Part shown: positions 1-6,339 of the stretch, piece by piece
How the letters are laid out: each line of letters opens with the position of its first letter
Position numbering within the stretch: the stretch's first letter is position 1
Origin: a virus
Taxonomy: Duplodnaviria; Heunggongvirae; Uroviricota; Caudoviricetes
Length of the DNA stretch: 6,836 nt
Virus record (IMG/VR): IMGVR_UViG_2547132127_000012
Reading direction: 5' to 3' (one strand)
Notes under the pieces: model-generated
Databases searched by the model: none
What the model saw: the letters and a program-made list of their open reading frames with translations, nothing else
Told to the model about the DNA's origin: nothing
Made by a program: the position numbers and the translations under genes

Positions 1-819
1 ATGTGTCAGGTATTTGGTGTATCCAGGAGCGGTTATTACAACTGGGTACAGCATGAACCCTCAGACAGAAAACAAAGTGATGAGCGGCTAAAACTGGAGA
101 TTAAGGTGGCACATATCCGCACTCGCGAAACATATGGAACCCGGCGGCTCCAGACGGAGCTGGCAGAGAATGGCATCATCGTTGGTCGTGACCGACTGGC
201 ATGTCTTCGTAAGGAGCTGAGGCTACGCTGTAAGCAGAAACGCAAGTTCAGAGCGACTACGAACCCGAACCACAATCTGCCAGTTGCGCCAAATCTGCTG
301 AACCAGACGTTCGCTCCTACAGCACCAAATCAGGTCTGGGTGGCGGACCTGACGTATGTTGCCACACAGGAGGGATGGTTGTACCTCGCTGGCATCAAAG
401 ATGTTTATACGTGTGAAATTGTCGGCTACGCCATGGGAGAGCGCATGACAAAAGAGCTGACAGGTAAAGCCCTGTTTATGGCGCTCAGGAGCCAGCGCCC
501 ACCTGCCGGGCTAATCCACCACTCTGATCGAGGTTCACAGTACTGCGCATACGATTACCGGGTCATACAGGAGCAGTCTGGTCTGAAAACATCAATGTCG
601 CGTAAAGGTAACTGTTACGACAACGCTCCGATGGAAAGCTTCTGGGGAACGCTGAAAAATGAGAGCCTGAGCCACTATCGTTTTAATAACCGGGATGAAG
701 CCATCTCAGTAATACGGGAATACATTGAGATTTTCTACAATCGTCAGCGTCGTCACTCTCGTCTGGGGAATATCTCCCCGGCAGCCTTCAGGGAAAAATA
801 TCATCAGATGGCTGCTTAA
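1..819 (+). CDS. IS3-family transposase OrfB (DDE integrase-like catalytic domain), IS600-like
   Basis: 272-aa ORF identical to the OrfB of copy 2. Carries IS3-family/retroviral-integrase-like motifs ([26 protein letters not shown]). Family is established knowledge; the IS600 name is from memory of its OrfA/OrfB. Confidence 0.85.
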   Translation: MCQVFGVSRSGYYNWVQHEPSDRKQSDERLKLEIKVAHIRTRETYGTRRLQTELAENGIIVGRDRLACLRKELRLRCKQKRKFRATTNPNHNLPVAPNLLNQTFAPTAPNQVWVADLTYVATQEGWLYLAGIKDVYTCEIVGYAMGERMTKELTGKALFMALRSQRPPAGLIHHSDRGSQYCAYDYRVIQEQSGLKTSMSRKGNCYDNAPMESFWGTLKNESLSHYRFNNRDEAISVIREYIEIFYNRQRRHSRLGNISPAAFREKYHQMAA

Positions 820-862
820 AAAAAGAACAAATGGTAGTGTCCGCTATTGCCAGTACACCTCA
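1..862 (+). mobile_element. IS3-family insertion sequence (IS600-like), copy 1, 3' portion only (window starts inside the element, at the orfB ATG)
   Basis: Bases 1..862 are identical to 3844..4705 of the complete copy (offset 3843). Both copies end ...gtacacctca, then flanking sequence diverges. The left end and orfA lie upstream of the window. Confidence 0.85.
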
Positions 863-1789
863 GTGAAAGAAGCACCGATTGGTATCGAGGTCATCCCCGC
901 GCACGTCACTGAATATCTGAACAAGGTACTGACTGAAACCGATCATGCCAACCCTGATCCGAAAATCGTGGATATTGCCTGCGGTCGCTCCTCTGCCCCG
1001 ATGCCGCAGCGTGTAACAGAAGAAGGAAAACAGGATGATGAAGAAAAACCGCAGCCATCTGGCGCAATGGCAGATGAACAGGCAACGGCTGAAACAATGG
1101 AACCGGATGCAACTGAACATCATCAGAACACGCAGCCGCTGGATGCTCAGTCACAGGTAAATTCTGTTGATGAGAAATATCAGGAACTGCGGGAAGAACT
1201 CCATGAAGCCCGGAAAAACATTCCGCCCAAAAATCCTGTCGATGCAGACAAATTACTGGCTGCCTCTCGCGGAGAATTTGTTGAAGGGATTAGCGACCCG
1301 AATGATCCGAAATGGATTCCCGGTCATCATATCTCCTCAAATGAAGTCAAAAAAACGGAAAATGAAGTGCGACAGACTGAAGATAAACAGCACCAGAACA
1401 GCGAACCGGAGGAGGGAACACCCTGCAATCAGACTGGCGAGGATAACTGCCCTGACTGTGGCGCGGTGATGGGAGACGCAACTTATCAGGAAACTTTTGA
1501 CGAAAAAAAACCAGATGAAGCACAGGAAGAAGAGCCGAAGAAAACGGAAAAAGCTGATGATTTGTTACCGGAGAACGCTGGCAGCGATCAGCATAATGAT
1601 AGCAATAATGAAACTGGCGAAGATGAACTCAACTGGAAAAAACAGGTGTTGATTGCGGCGGTTTACGGTTTATGTGCGAATCCTGCGTGCATAGCCTATG
1701 CGCCTGCAATCCCTGACATCGCAATGATGATTGCCAACAAGCTTGAAAATTTTGGAGTGACCAGTGATGAGCGCTTACCCGATTTTTGA
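863..1789 (+). CDS. Highly acidic (D/E-rich) low-complexity protein, 3' fragment; 5' end probably removed by the IS insertion
   Basis: The frame is open from inside the IS across the junction at 862/863. The first ATG after the junction (1001) has no Shine-Dalgarno, and no plausible start exists between 863 and 1001. Long D/E/Q-rich tract, a Cys cluster (C-x8-C-x2-C, ...[15 protein letters not shown]...), hydrophobic C-terminus. Stop at 1787-1789 overlaps the next gene's start. Identity unknown; I have a vague, unverifiable impression of resemblance to the acidic central region of Rac RecE. Confidence 0.45.
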   Translation: MKEAPIGIEVIPAHVTEYLNKVLTETDHANPDPKIVDIACGRSSAPMPQRVTEEGKQDDEEKPQPSGAMADEQATAETMEPDATEHHQNTQPLDAQSQVNSVDEKYQELREELHEARKNIPPKNPVDADKLLAASRGEFVEGISDPNDPKWIPGHHISSNEVKKTENEVRQTEDKQHQNSEPEEGTPCNQTGEDNCPDCGAVMGDATYQETFDEKKPDEAQEEEPKKTEKADDLLPENAGSDQHNDSNNETGEDELNWKKQVLIAAVYGLCANPACIAYAPAIPDIAMMIANKLENFGVTSDERLPDF

Positions 1790-2039
1790 TCGTATTGAAG
1801 AAATGGCATGGGCTCGCCACTACCAGCAGATCGTTCGTGAAGAAAAAGAAACGGAACTGGCGGACGACCTGGAAAAAGGTCTGCCTCAGCACCTGTTTGA
1901 ATCGCTCTGCATCGACCATTTGCAACGCCACGGTGCCAATAAACAGGCAATCAGCCACGCATTTGATGATGATGTTGAGTTTCAGGAGCGCATGGCAGAA
2001 CACATCCGGTACATGGCTGAAACCATTGCCCACCACTAG
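1767..2039 (+). CDS. Hypothetical 90-aa acidic protein, translationally coupled to the upstream ORF
   Basis: GGAG at 1754-1757, 9 nt before ATG 1767. Start overlaps the upstream stop (1787-1789) by 23 nt. No motif recognised. Confidence 0.5.
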   Translation: MSAYPIFDRIEEMAWARHYQQIVREEKETELADDLEKGLPQHLFESLCIDHLQRHGANKQAISHAFDDDVEFQERMAEHIRYMAETIAHH

Positions 2040-2068
2040 GTTGATATTGATTTGGAGGACTAAAATCT

Positions 2069-3166
2069 ATGGCGCTTTTTCAACGAGCAATAAACACACA
2101 GGCCTATCTAAAAGCAGGAATTATGGGGTTTGCTGGCGACGGCAAAACCTACACAGCAAGCGAACTGGCTATTGGTCTGGTAATGCTTATGCGGCAACGG
2201 GGAATTGAAGCTGGTAACCGCCCGGTAATGTTTCTGGACACAGAAACAGGCTCTGACTGGGTTAAACCCCGCTTTGATGCGGAAAATATCGAATTATTTA
2301 CGGCAAAAACCCGCTCGTTTGTTGATCTGCTTGAAGCCATTAATGAAGCGGAAAGCAGCGGTTCCGTAATGATCATCGACTCCATCAGTCACTTCTGGAC
2401 CGGATTATGCGACGAGTATGCCAGACGCCGAAACCGTAAACGAGGACTGGAATTTTCAGGCTGGGCGTGGCTCAAACAGGAGTGGCGACGCTTTACCGAT
2501 CGATTTGTTAACAGTCAGGCGCACATTATTATGTGCGGGCGTGCAGGATATGAGTATGACTTTTTCGAAGGTGATGATGGCAAACGCCAGTTGGCAAAAA
2601 CCGGTATAAAAATGAAAGCAGAAACAGAAACCGGTTATGAACCCTCCATCCTGATCCAGATGGAGAAGCAAATGAACATAGAAACCGGTCAGGTGTGGCG
2701 CACCGCCAGAATACTAAAAGATCGCTCCACCCGTATTGATGGACAGGTATTTTCAAACCCAACATTTAAAAACTTTCTTCCTCATATCGAGTTTCTTAAC
2801 CTGGGAGGTGAACACCCCGGCATCGATACCTCACGGGATAACAGTGAATTATTTGCCAACGACGGTACACCGACATGGCTAAAAGAAAAGCGTGCAAAAG
2901 AAATCGCACTTGATGAAATTATCGAGTTGCTCAACAAGCACCATGGGGGCACCAGTAACGACGCCAAACGCGCAAAAGCTGATTTGCTGGAAAAAACATT
3001 CACCTCCCGCTCATGGGAAAGAATCAAAGGTATGGACTGGCCGACAATCAAAGCTGGTCGTAATGCACTATGGATTGAACTGGAAGGCGTTGAATATGCA
3101 TTCCCGGATCCACAAACACAAAACGAAACGCAACAAGCAGGATACGATGAGAATATTCCGGTGTAA
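2069..3166 (+). CDS. RecA-fold P-loop NTPase (AAA_24/Sak4-like topology) with a ~250-aa C-terminal extension of unknown function
   Basis: GGAGG at 2054-2058, 10 nt before ATG 2069. Walker A GFAGDGKT (aa 20-27), acidic strand motif FLDTETG (aa ~55-61), Walker B VMIIDS (aa ~101-106). This Walker A / D-T-E / hhhhDS order is typical of RecA-like and AAA_24 phage ATPases, not ABC or classical AAA+. Family assignment is from motifs, unverified. Confidence 0.8.
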   Translation: MALFQRAINTQAYLKAGIMGFAGDGKTYTASELAIGLVMLMRQRGIEAGNRPVMFLDTETGSDWVKPRFDAENIELFTAKTRSFVDLLEAINEAESSGSVMIIDSISHFWTGLCDEYARRRNRKRGLEFSGWAWLKQEWRRFTDRFVNSQAHIIMCGRAGYEYDFFEGDDGKRQLAKTGIKMKAETETGYEPSILIQMEKQMNIETGQVWRTARILKDRSTRIDGQVFSNPTFKNFLPHIEFLNLGGEHPGIDTSRDNSELFANDGTPTWLKEKRAKEIALDEIIELLNKHHGGTSNDAKRAKADLLEKTFTSRSWERIKGMDWPTIKAGRNALWIELEGVEYAFPDPQTQNETQQAGYDENIPV

Positions 3167-3216
3167 AACCAAGTGCATTTTGAACACGGTTTTTGAAAAT
3201 ATTAATGGAGGTGTTC

Positions 3217-3405
3217 ATGTATAAAATTACAGCCACTATTGAAAAGGAAGGTGGTTCTCCTACCAGCTGGACAAGATATTCAAAATCTAAACTAACGAAA
3301 TCAGAATGCGAAAAAATGCTCTCAGGGAAAAAAGAAGCAGGCGTTTCCAGAGAGCAGAAAGTAAAACTGATAAATTTTAATTGCGAGAAACTTCTGTCCT
3401 CGTGA
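3217..3405 (+). CDS. Hypothetical 62-aa lysine-rich small protein (MYKITATIEKEGG...)
   Basis: GGAGG at 3207-3211, 5 nt before ATG 3217. Lies 50 nt after the ATPase stop in an AT-rich segment and ends 36 nt before the IS left end. I suspect, but cannot verify, similarity to small Rac-prophage proteins of the ydaC type. Confidence 0.5.
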   Translation: MYKITATIEKEGGSPTSWTRYSKSKLTKSECEKMLSGKKEAGVSREQKVKLINFNCEKLLSS

Positions 3406-3441
3406 GTTGCATTATATCAAAATTAGAACTTCATAGCTGAT

Positions 3442-3470
3442 TGAGATAGCCTGAGTTTAACGGACACTCC
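3442..3470 (+). repeat. IS left terminal inverted repeat (imperfect)
   Basis: Matches the reverse complement of 4677..4705 at the terminal TGAG and the internal CGGACACT block. Confidence 0.5.
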
Positions 3471-3505
3471 TTCCTGAAATAGAATGGCATCAGAAGGAGC
3501 TAATA

Positions 3506-3808
3506 ATGAGCAGAAAAACCCAACGTTACTCTAAAGAGTTCAAAGCCGAAGCTGTCAGAACGGTTCTTGAAAATCAACTTTCGATCAGTGAAGGCGCTTC
3601 CCGATTATCTCTTCCTGAAGGCACTTTAGGACAATGGGTTACCGCCGCCAGAAAAGGGCTCGGTACTCCTGGTTCCCGCACGGTGGCTGAACTGGAATCT
3701 GAAATTCTGCAACTGCGTAAGGCGTTAAATGAAGCTCGCCTTGAGCGCGATATATTAAAAAAAGCAACAGCGTATTTTGCACAGGAGTCGCTGAAAAATA
3801 CGCGTTAA
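3506..3808 (+). CDS. IS3-family transposase OrfA (helix-turn-helix DNA-binding protein with C-terminal leucine-zipper-like region)
   Basis: AGGAG at 3494-3498, 7 nt before ATG 3506. 100-aa protein; the slippery heptamer lies near its 3' end. Confidence 0.9.
   Translation: MSRKTQRYSKEFKAEAVRTVLENQLSISEGASRLSLPEGTLGQWVTAARKGLGTPGSRTVAELESEILQLRKALNEARLERDILKKATAYFAQESLKNTR
3757..3763 (+). other. Programmed -1 ribosomal frameshift slippery heptamer (A AAA AAA) producing the OrfAB fusion transposase
   Basis: AAAAAAA then G at 3757-3764. In the orfA frame it reads ttA AAA AAA Gca. A -1 slip moves codon starts from 2 mod 3 (orfA) to 1 mod 3, the orfB frame (ATG 3844). This is the standard IS3-family arrangement. 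Confidence 0.6.
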
Positions 3809-3843
3809 TCGAACAATGGCGACAACAATTTCCCATTGAAGCG

Positions 3844-4662
3844 ATGTGTCAGGTATTTGGTGTATCCAGGAGCGGTTATTACAACTGGGTACAGCATGAA
3901 CCCTCAGACAGAAAACAAAGTGATGAGCGGCTAAAACTGGAGATTAAGGTGGCACATATCCGCACTCGCGAAACATATGGAACCCGGCGGCTCCAGACGG
4001 AGCTGGCAGAGAATGGCATCATCGTTGGTCGTGACCGACTGGCATGTCTTCGTAAGGAGCTGAGGCTACGCTGTAAGCAGAAACGCAAGTTCAGAGCGAC
4101 TACGAACCCGAACCACAATCTGCCAGTTGCGCCAAATCTGCTGAACCAGACGTTCGCTCCTACAGCACCAAATCAGGTCTGGGTGGCGGACCTGACGTAT
4201 GTTGCCACACAGGAGGGATGGTTGTACCTCGCTGGCATCAAAGATGTTTATACGTGTGAAATTGTCGGCTACGCCATGGGAGAGCGCATGACAAAAGAGC
4301 TGACAGGTAAAGCCCTGTTTATGGCGCTCAGGAGCCAGCGCCCACCTGCCGGGCTAATCCACCACTCTGATCGAGGTTCACAGTACTGCGCATACGATTA
4401 CCGGGTCATACAGGAGCAGTCTGGTCTGAAAACATCAATGTCGCGTAAAGGTAACTGTTACGACAACGCTCCGATGGAAAGCTTCTGGGGAACGCTGAAA
4501 AATGAGAGCCTGAGCCACTATCGTTTTAATAACCGGGATGAAGCCATCTCAGTAATACGGGAATACATTGAGATTTTCTACAATCGTCAGCGTCGTCACT
4601 CTCGTCTGGGGAATATCTCCCCGGCAGCCTTCAGGGAAAAATATCATCAGATGGCTGCTTAA
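3844..4662 (+). CDS. IS3-family transposase OrfB (DDE catalytic domain); in vivo made mainly as OrfAB by -1 frameshift
   Basis: 272-aa ORF identical to 1..819; lies in the -1 frame relative to orfA. Confidence 0.9.
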   Translation: MCQVFGVSRSGYYNWVQHEPSDRKQSDERLKLEIKVAHIRTRETYGTRRLQTELAENGIIVGRDRLACLRKELRLRCKQKRKFRATTNPNHNLPVAPNLLNQTFAPTAPNQVWVADLTYVATQEGWLYLAGIKDVYTCEIVGYAMGERMTKELTGKALFMALRSQRPPAGLIHHSDRGSQYCAYDYRVIQEQSGLKTSMSRKGNCYDNAPMESFWGTLKNESLSHYRFNNRDEAISVIREYIEIFYNRQRRHSRLGNISPAAFREKYHQMAA

Positions 4663-4676
4663 AAAAAGAACAAATG

Positions 4677-4705
4677 GTAGTGTCCGCTATTGCCAGTACA
4701 CCTCA
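4677..4705 (+). repeat. IS right terminal inverted repeat (imperfect)
   Basis: Reverse complement aligns with 3442..3470. The same sequence ends copy 1 at 834..862. Confidence 0.5.
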
Positions 4706-4727
4706 GATTATTAAAAATCAACCACAC

Positions 4728-4756
4728 CCGCCAGTATTCTGTATATTTACTGGCGG
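4728..4756. repeat. 9-bp perfect inverted repeat (ccgccagta N11 tactggcgg) between the IS right end and xis
   Basis: 4728-4736 ccgccagta is the reverse complement of 4748-4756 tactggcgg; the 11-nt spacer is AT-rich. No downstream T-run, so not a canonical intrinsic terminator. Confidence 0.5.
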
Positions 4757-4778
4757 TCATATCGTGAGAGGTATGGCA

Positions 4779-5060
4779 ATGAATCTTGTGACACTCAAAA
4801 CGTGGGGAAAACTCAGATATCCGGATAACCCACCATCAATATCAACGCTGAGACGATGGGCAAGGAATGGAAACATTTATCCTGCACCTGCACTACACGG
4901 GAGGAGTTACAGGGTGGTTCCGGAGGCTTTCTATATCAACCCAAATAAGGTTGATACCGATATAACACACCATCAGCCTAATGGGCGACAAGGGAGAGAC
5001 AGTCCGTTAATGGAGAAGTTAAAACATGCAGCGGAAAAAATACGATCCCAATTTGCCTAG
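4779..5060 (+). CDS. xis: Excisionase (lambda Xis-like, winged-helix recombination directionality factor)
   Basis: GAGAGG at 4765-4770, 8 nt before ATG 4779. Product MNLVTLKTWGKLRYPDNPPSISTLRRWARNGNIYPAPALHGRSYRV... resembles lambda Xis (MYLTLQEWNARQRRPRSLETVRRWVRECRIFPPP...). Overlaps int by 35 nt, as in lambda xis-int. The track's longer ORF start (4674) lies inside the IS and is rejected. Confidence 0.7.
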   Translation: MNLVTLKTWGKLRYPDNPPSISTLRRWARNGNIYPAPALHGRSYRVVPEAFYINPNKVDTDITHHQPNGRQGRDSPLMEKLKHAAEKIRSQFA

Positions 5061-6102
5061 AAACTTAACATATCGAAGGAGAGACAAAGCATATTACTGG
5101 CGCAACCCTCTGACGAAAGAAGAATTTACACTAGGTAAAATTTCAAGAAGAGATGCAGTAGCGCAGGCAATTGAAGCAAATCATTATATATACAAAAACT
5201 ACTCTCCTGCTGCCCTAATTGAAAAGCTTAAAGGGGTCGACTCATTTACTATGGCAGGCTGGATTGAACGTTACAAAACGATTCTTATAAGGAGAAAAGC
5301 GTCCAGAAATACTTATAAAACTCGGGTAAATCAACTGGAGACAATAAAAGAAAAATTAGGAGGGGTTTTACTGACAGAAATAACCACTCGCCATATCGCC
5401 GAGTTTCTTGATTTGTGGATTGAAGGAGGGAAAAACACGATGGCAGGATCAATGCGTTCTGTGTTATCTGATATGTTCCGCGAAGCCATTGTTGAAGGAC
5501 GTATATCTCAAAATCCAGTAACGCCAACAAGAGCACCGAAAATAGTAGTTACAAGAGAACGGCTGAAACTAAAGACATACAACTGCATCAGGGAGGCAGC
5601 AGATCAACTTCCGGCATGGTTCCCATTAGCTATGGACTTAGCCCTTGTAACAGGACAACGTCGCGAAGACATAACGAATATGCGGTTCAGTGATATTTAT
5701 GATGATCGTCTCCACATCAGGCAAATTAAGACAGGAATGATGATTGCTATCCCCCTGTCACTCAGCCTTCCTGTCGCTGGTTTACGACTTGGTGCAGTAG
5801 TTGAACAGTGCCGCATGGTAAGTAGGGGGGATTATCTAATCAGTGCCGGGATTAGAAAAAACAGCCCTGACGGCAGCATTCACCCGGACGGCCTGACAAA
5901 GAAATTTGTCGCAGCCAGAAAATTAACAGGTATCCTGTTCAGTGAAAACCCACCAACTTTTCACGAAATCAGAAGCCTGGCTGGACGATTGTACAAAGAA
6001 ATATGTGGAGAAGAATTTGCTCAGCGTCTACTTGGCCACACATCGGAGAAGACAACAAAAATGTATCTTGATGAGAGAGAAAAAACGTACTTACTGCTCT
6101 GA
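5026..6102 (+). CDS. int: Lambda-family tyrosine integrase (site-specific recombinase)
   Basis: GGAG at 5012-5015, 10 nt before ATG. N-terminal arm-binding region ([30 protein letters not shown]) parallels lambda Int. Catalytic motifs present: [10 protein letters not shown] (Arg), [11 protein letters not shown] (His-x-x-Arg), [13 protein letters not shown] (His...Tyr nucleophile). Confidence 0.9.
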   Translation: MQRKKYDPNLPRNLTYRRRDKAYYWRNPLTKEEFTLGKISRRDAVAQAIEANHYIYKNYSPAALIEKLKGVDSFTMAGWIERYKTILIRRKASRNTYKTRVNQLETIKEKLGGVLLTEITTRHIAEFLDLWIEGGKNTMAGSMRSVLSDMFREAIVEGRISQNPVTPTRAPKIVVTRERLKLKTYNCIREAADQLPAWFPLAMDLALVTGQRREDITNMRFSDIYDDRLHIRQIKTGMMIAIPLSLSLPVAGLRLGAVVEQCRMVSRGDYLISAGIRKNSPDGSIHPDGLTKKFVAARKLTGILFSENPPTFHEIRSLAGRLYKEICGEEFAQRLLGHTSEKTTKMYLDEREKTYLLL

Positions 6103-6118
6103 TTTTAACGTAAATGGA

Positions 6119-6148
6119 TTGTTAAATGTATTTTGGTTGTGATATAAC
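6119..6148 (+). promoter_or_regulatory. Candidate sigma-70 promoter with extended -10, firing toward the sRNA locus
   Basis: -35 TTGTTA (6119-6124), 18-nt spacer, TGa + TATAAC (6140-6148). Predicted start near 6155-6157. Hexamer prediction only. Confidence 0.3.
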
Positions 6149-6180
6149 CAAAAAAGACCGGAATACAGAAATTCGAGTAA

Positions 6181-6200
6181 ATTTCGGGGAATTTCGGGGA
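6181..6200. repeat. Perfect tandem direct repeat, 2 x 10 bp (atttcgggga atttcgggga), with a degenerate third unit just upstream (6171-6180)
   Basis: Read directly. It sits between the int stop and the sdsR 3' end, where lambda-type P' arm Int-binding sites would be expected. Confidence 0.6.
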
Positions 6201-6233
6201 GACGTTTGCAACTAATTGATTTTAAATACAATT

Positions 6234-6267
6234 AAAAAAAGACCGAATACGATTCCTGTATTCGGTC
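6234..6267 (-). terminator. Intrinsic terminator of SdsR (10-bp perfect stem, 7-nt loop, then U7 on the minus strand)
   Basis: gaccgaatac (6241-6250) pairs with gtattcggtc (6258-6267); loop gattcct. A7 at 6234-6240 on the plus strand is U7 on the minus strand directly after the hairpin. Confidence 0.8.
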
Positions 6268-6336
6268 CAGGGAAATGGCTCTTGGGAGAGAGCCGTGCGC
6301 TAAAAGTTGGCATTAATGCAGGCTTAGTTGCCTTGC
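6235..6336 (-). ncRNA. sdsR: SdsR (RyeB) small regulatory RNA, RpoS-dependent, ~102 nt
   Basis: Minus strand reads GCAAGGCAACTAAGCCTGCATTAATGCCAACTTTTAGCGCACGGCTCTCTCCCAAGAGCCATTTCCCTGGACCGAATACAGGAATCGTATTCGGTC then a T-run, which matches my recollection of enterobacterial SdsR. Internal hairpin ggctct...agagcc, terminal terminator, sigma-S-type -10 just upstream. Confidence 0.8.
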
Positions 6337-6339
6337 CCT

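Larger units (their letters stand above)
3442..4705 (+). mobile_element. IS3-family insertion sequence (IS600-like), complete copy, 1264 bp
   Basis: Imperfect terminal inverted repeats: left end tgagatagcctgagtttaacggacactcc, right-end reverse complement tgaggtgtactggcaatagcggacactac, giving the TG...CA ends typical of IS3 family. Contains orfA, a slippery site and orfB. Flanked by GAT at 3439-3441 and 4706-4708, consistent with a 3-bp target site duplication. Confidence 0.85.

Noticed and set aside
36-275. 79-aa minus-strand ORFs inside orfB (36..275 and 3879..4118) and the 65-aa minus-strand ORF 3639..3836
   Set aside because: They are entirely antisense to the transposase genes, have no RBS and no motifs. 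Typical spurious antisense frames.
725-862. N-terminal 46 codons of track ORF 725..1789 ([10 protein letters not shown]...)
   Set aside because: This part lies inside the IS right end, and the same extension appears at 4568..4705 in copy 2. It is an open frame crossing the IS junction by chance, not a real gene start.
860-1469. Minus-strand ORFs 860..1123 and 906..1154, and plus-strand alternate-frame ORF 1167..1469
   Set aside because: They fall wholly within the acidic ORF on the opposite strand or in another frame. The biased acidic coding sequence produces long open alternate frames.
1629-2208. ORFs 1629..2036 (-), 1696..1950 (-) and 1786..2208 (+)
   Set aside because: They overlap the 90-aa ORF and the ATPase start in other frames or antisense, with no RBS. 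The 1786..2208 frame runs across the strong RBS and ATG of the ATPase gene.
3180-3206. Promoter-like hexamers TTGAAC (3180-3185) and TATTAAT (3200-3206) upstream of the 62-aa ORF
   Set aside because: Spacing is only about 14 nt and the -10 element would overlap the Shine-Dalgarno site. An AT-rich sequence gives such matches by chance.
2149-3236. Overlapping ORFs within the ATPase gene (2149..2385 -, 2418..2609 +, 2456..2671 -, 2529..2765 -, 2782..3051 -, 2892..3224 +, 3048..3236 -)
   Set aside because: All are embedded in or antisense to a motif-bearing 365-aa gene. ORF 2892..3224 ends ...NGGVHV* just inside the start of the next small gene, which could be a relic of a replaced upstream gene, but there is no independent start signal and I cannot verify any homology.
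1-4705. Calling the IS pair plus intervening DNA a composite transposon
   Set aside because: Copy 2 has its own 3-bp duplication, so it is an independent simple insertion. Copy 1's left end is not in the window. IS3-family composite transposons are uncommon, so the structure is reported as IS-flanked only.
4674-4778. Long N-terminal extension of the xis ORF starting at ATG 4674
   Set aside because: The start is inside the IS right end. The ATG at 4779 has a properly spaced GAGAGG and gives a product the size of lambda Xis.
5285-6142. ORF 5285..5536 (-) and ORF 5942..6142 (+)
   Set aside because: Both lie inside or overlap the integrase coding sequence in other frames. The integrase frame has the full set of catalytic motifs.
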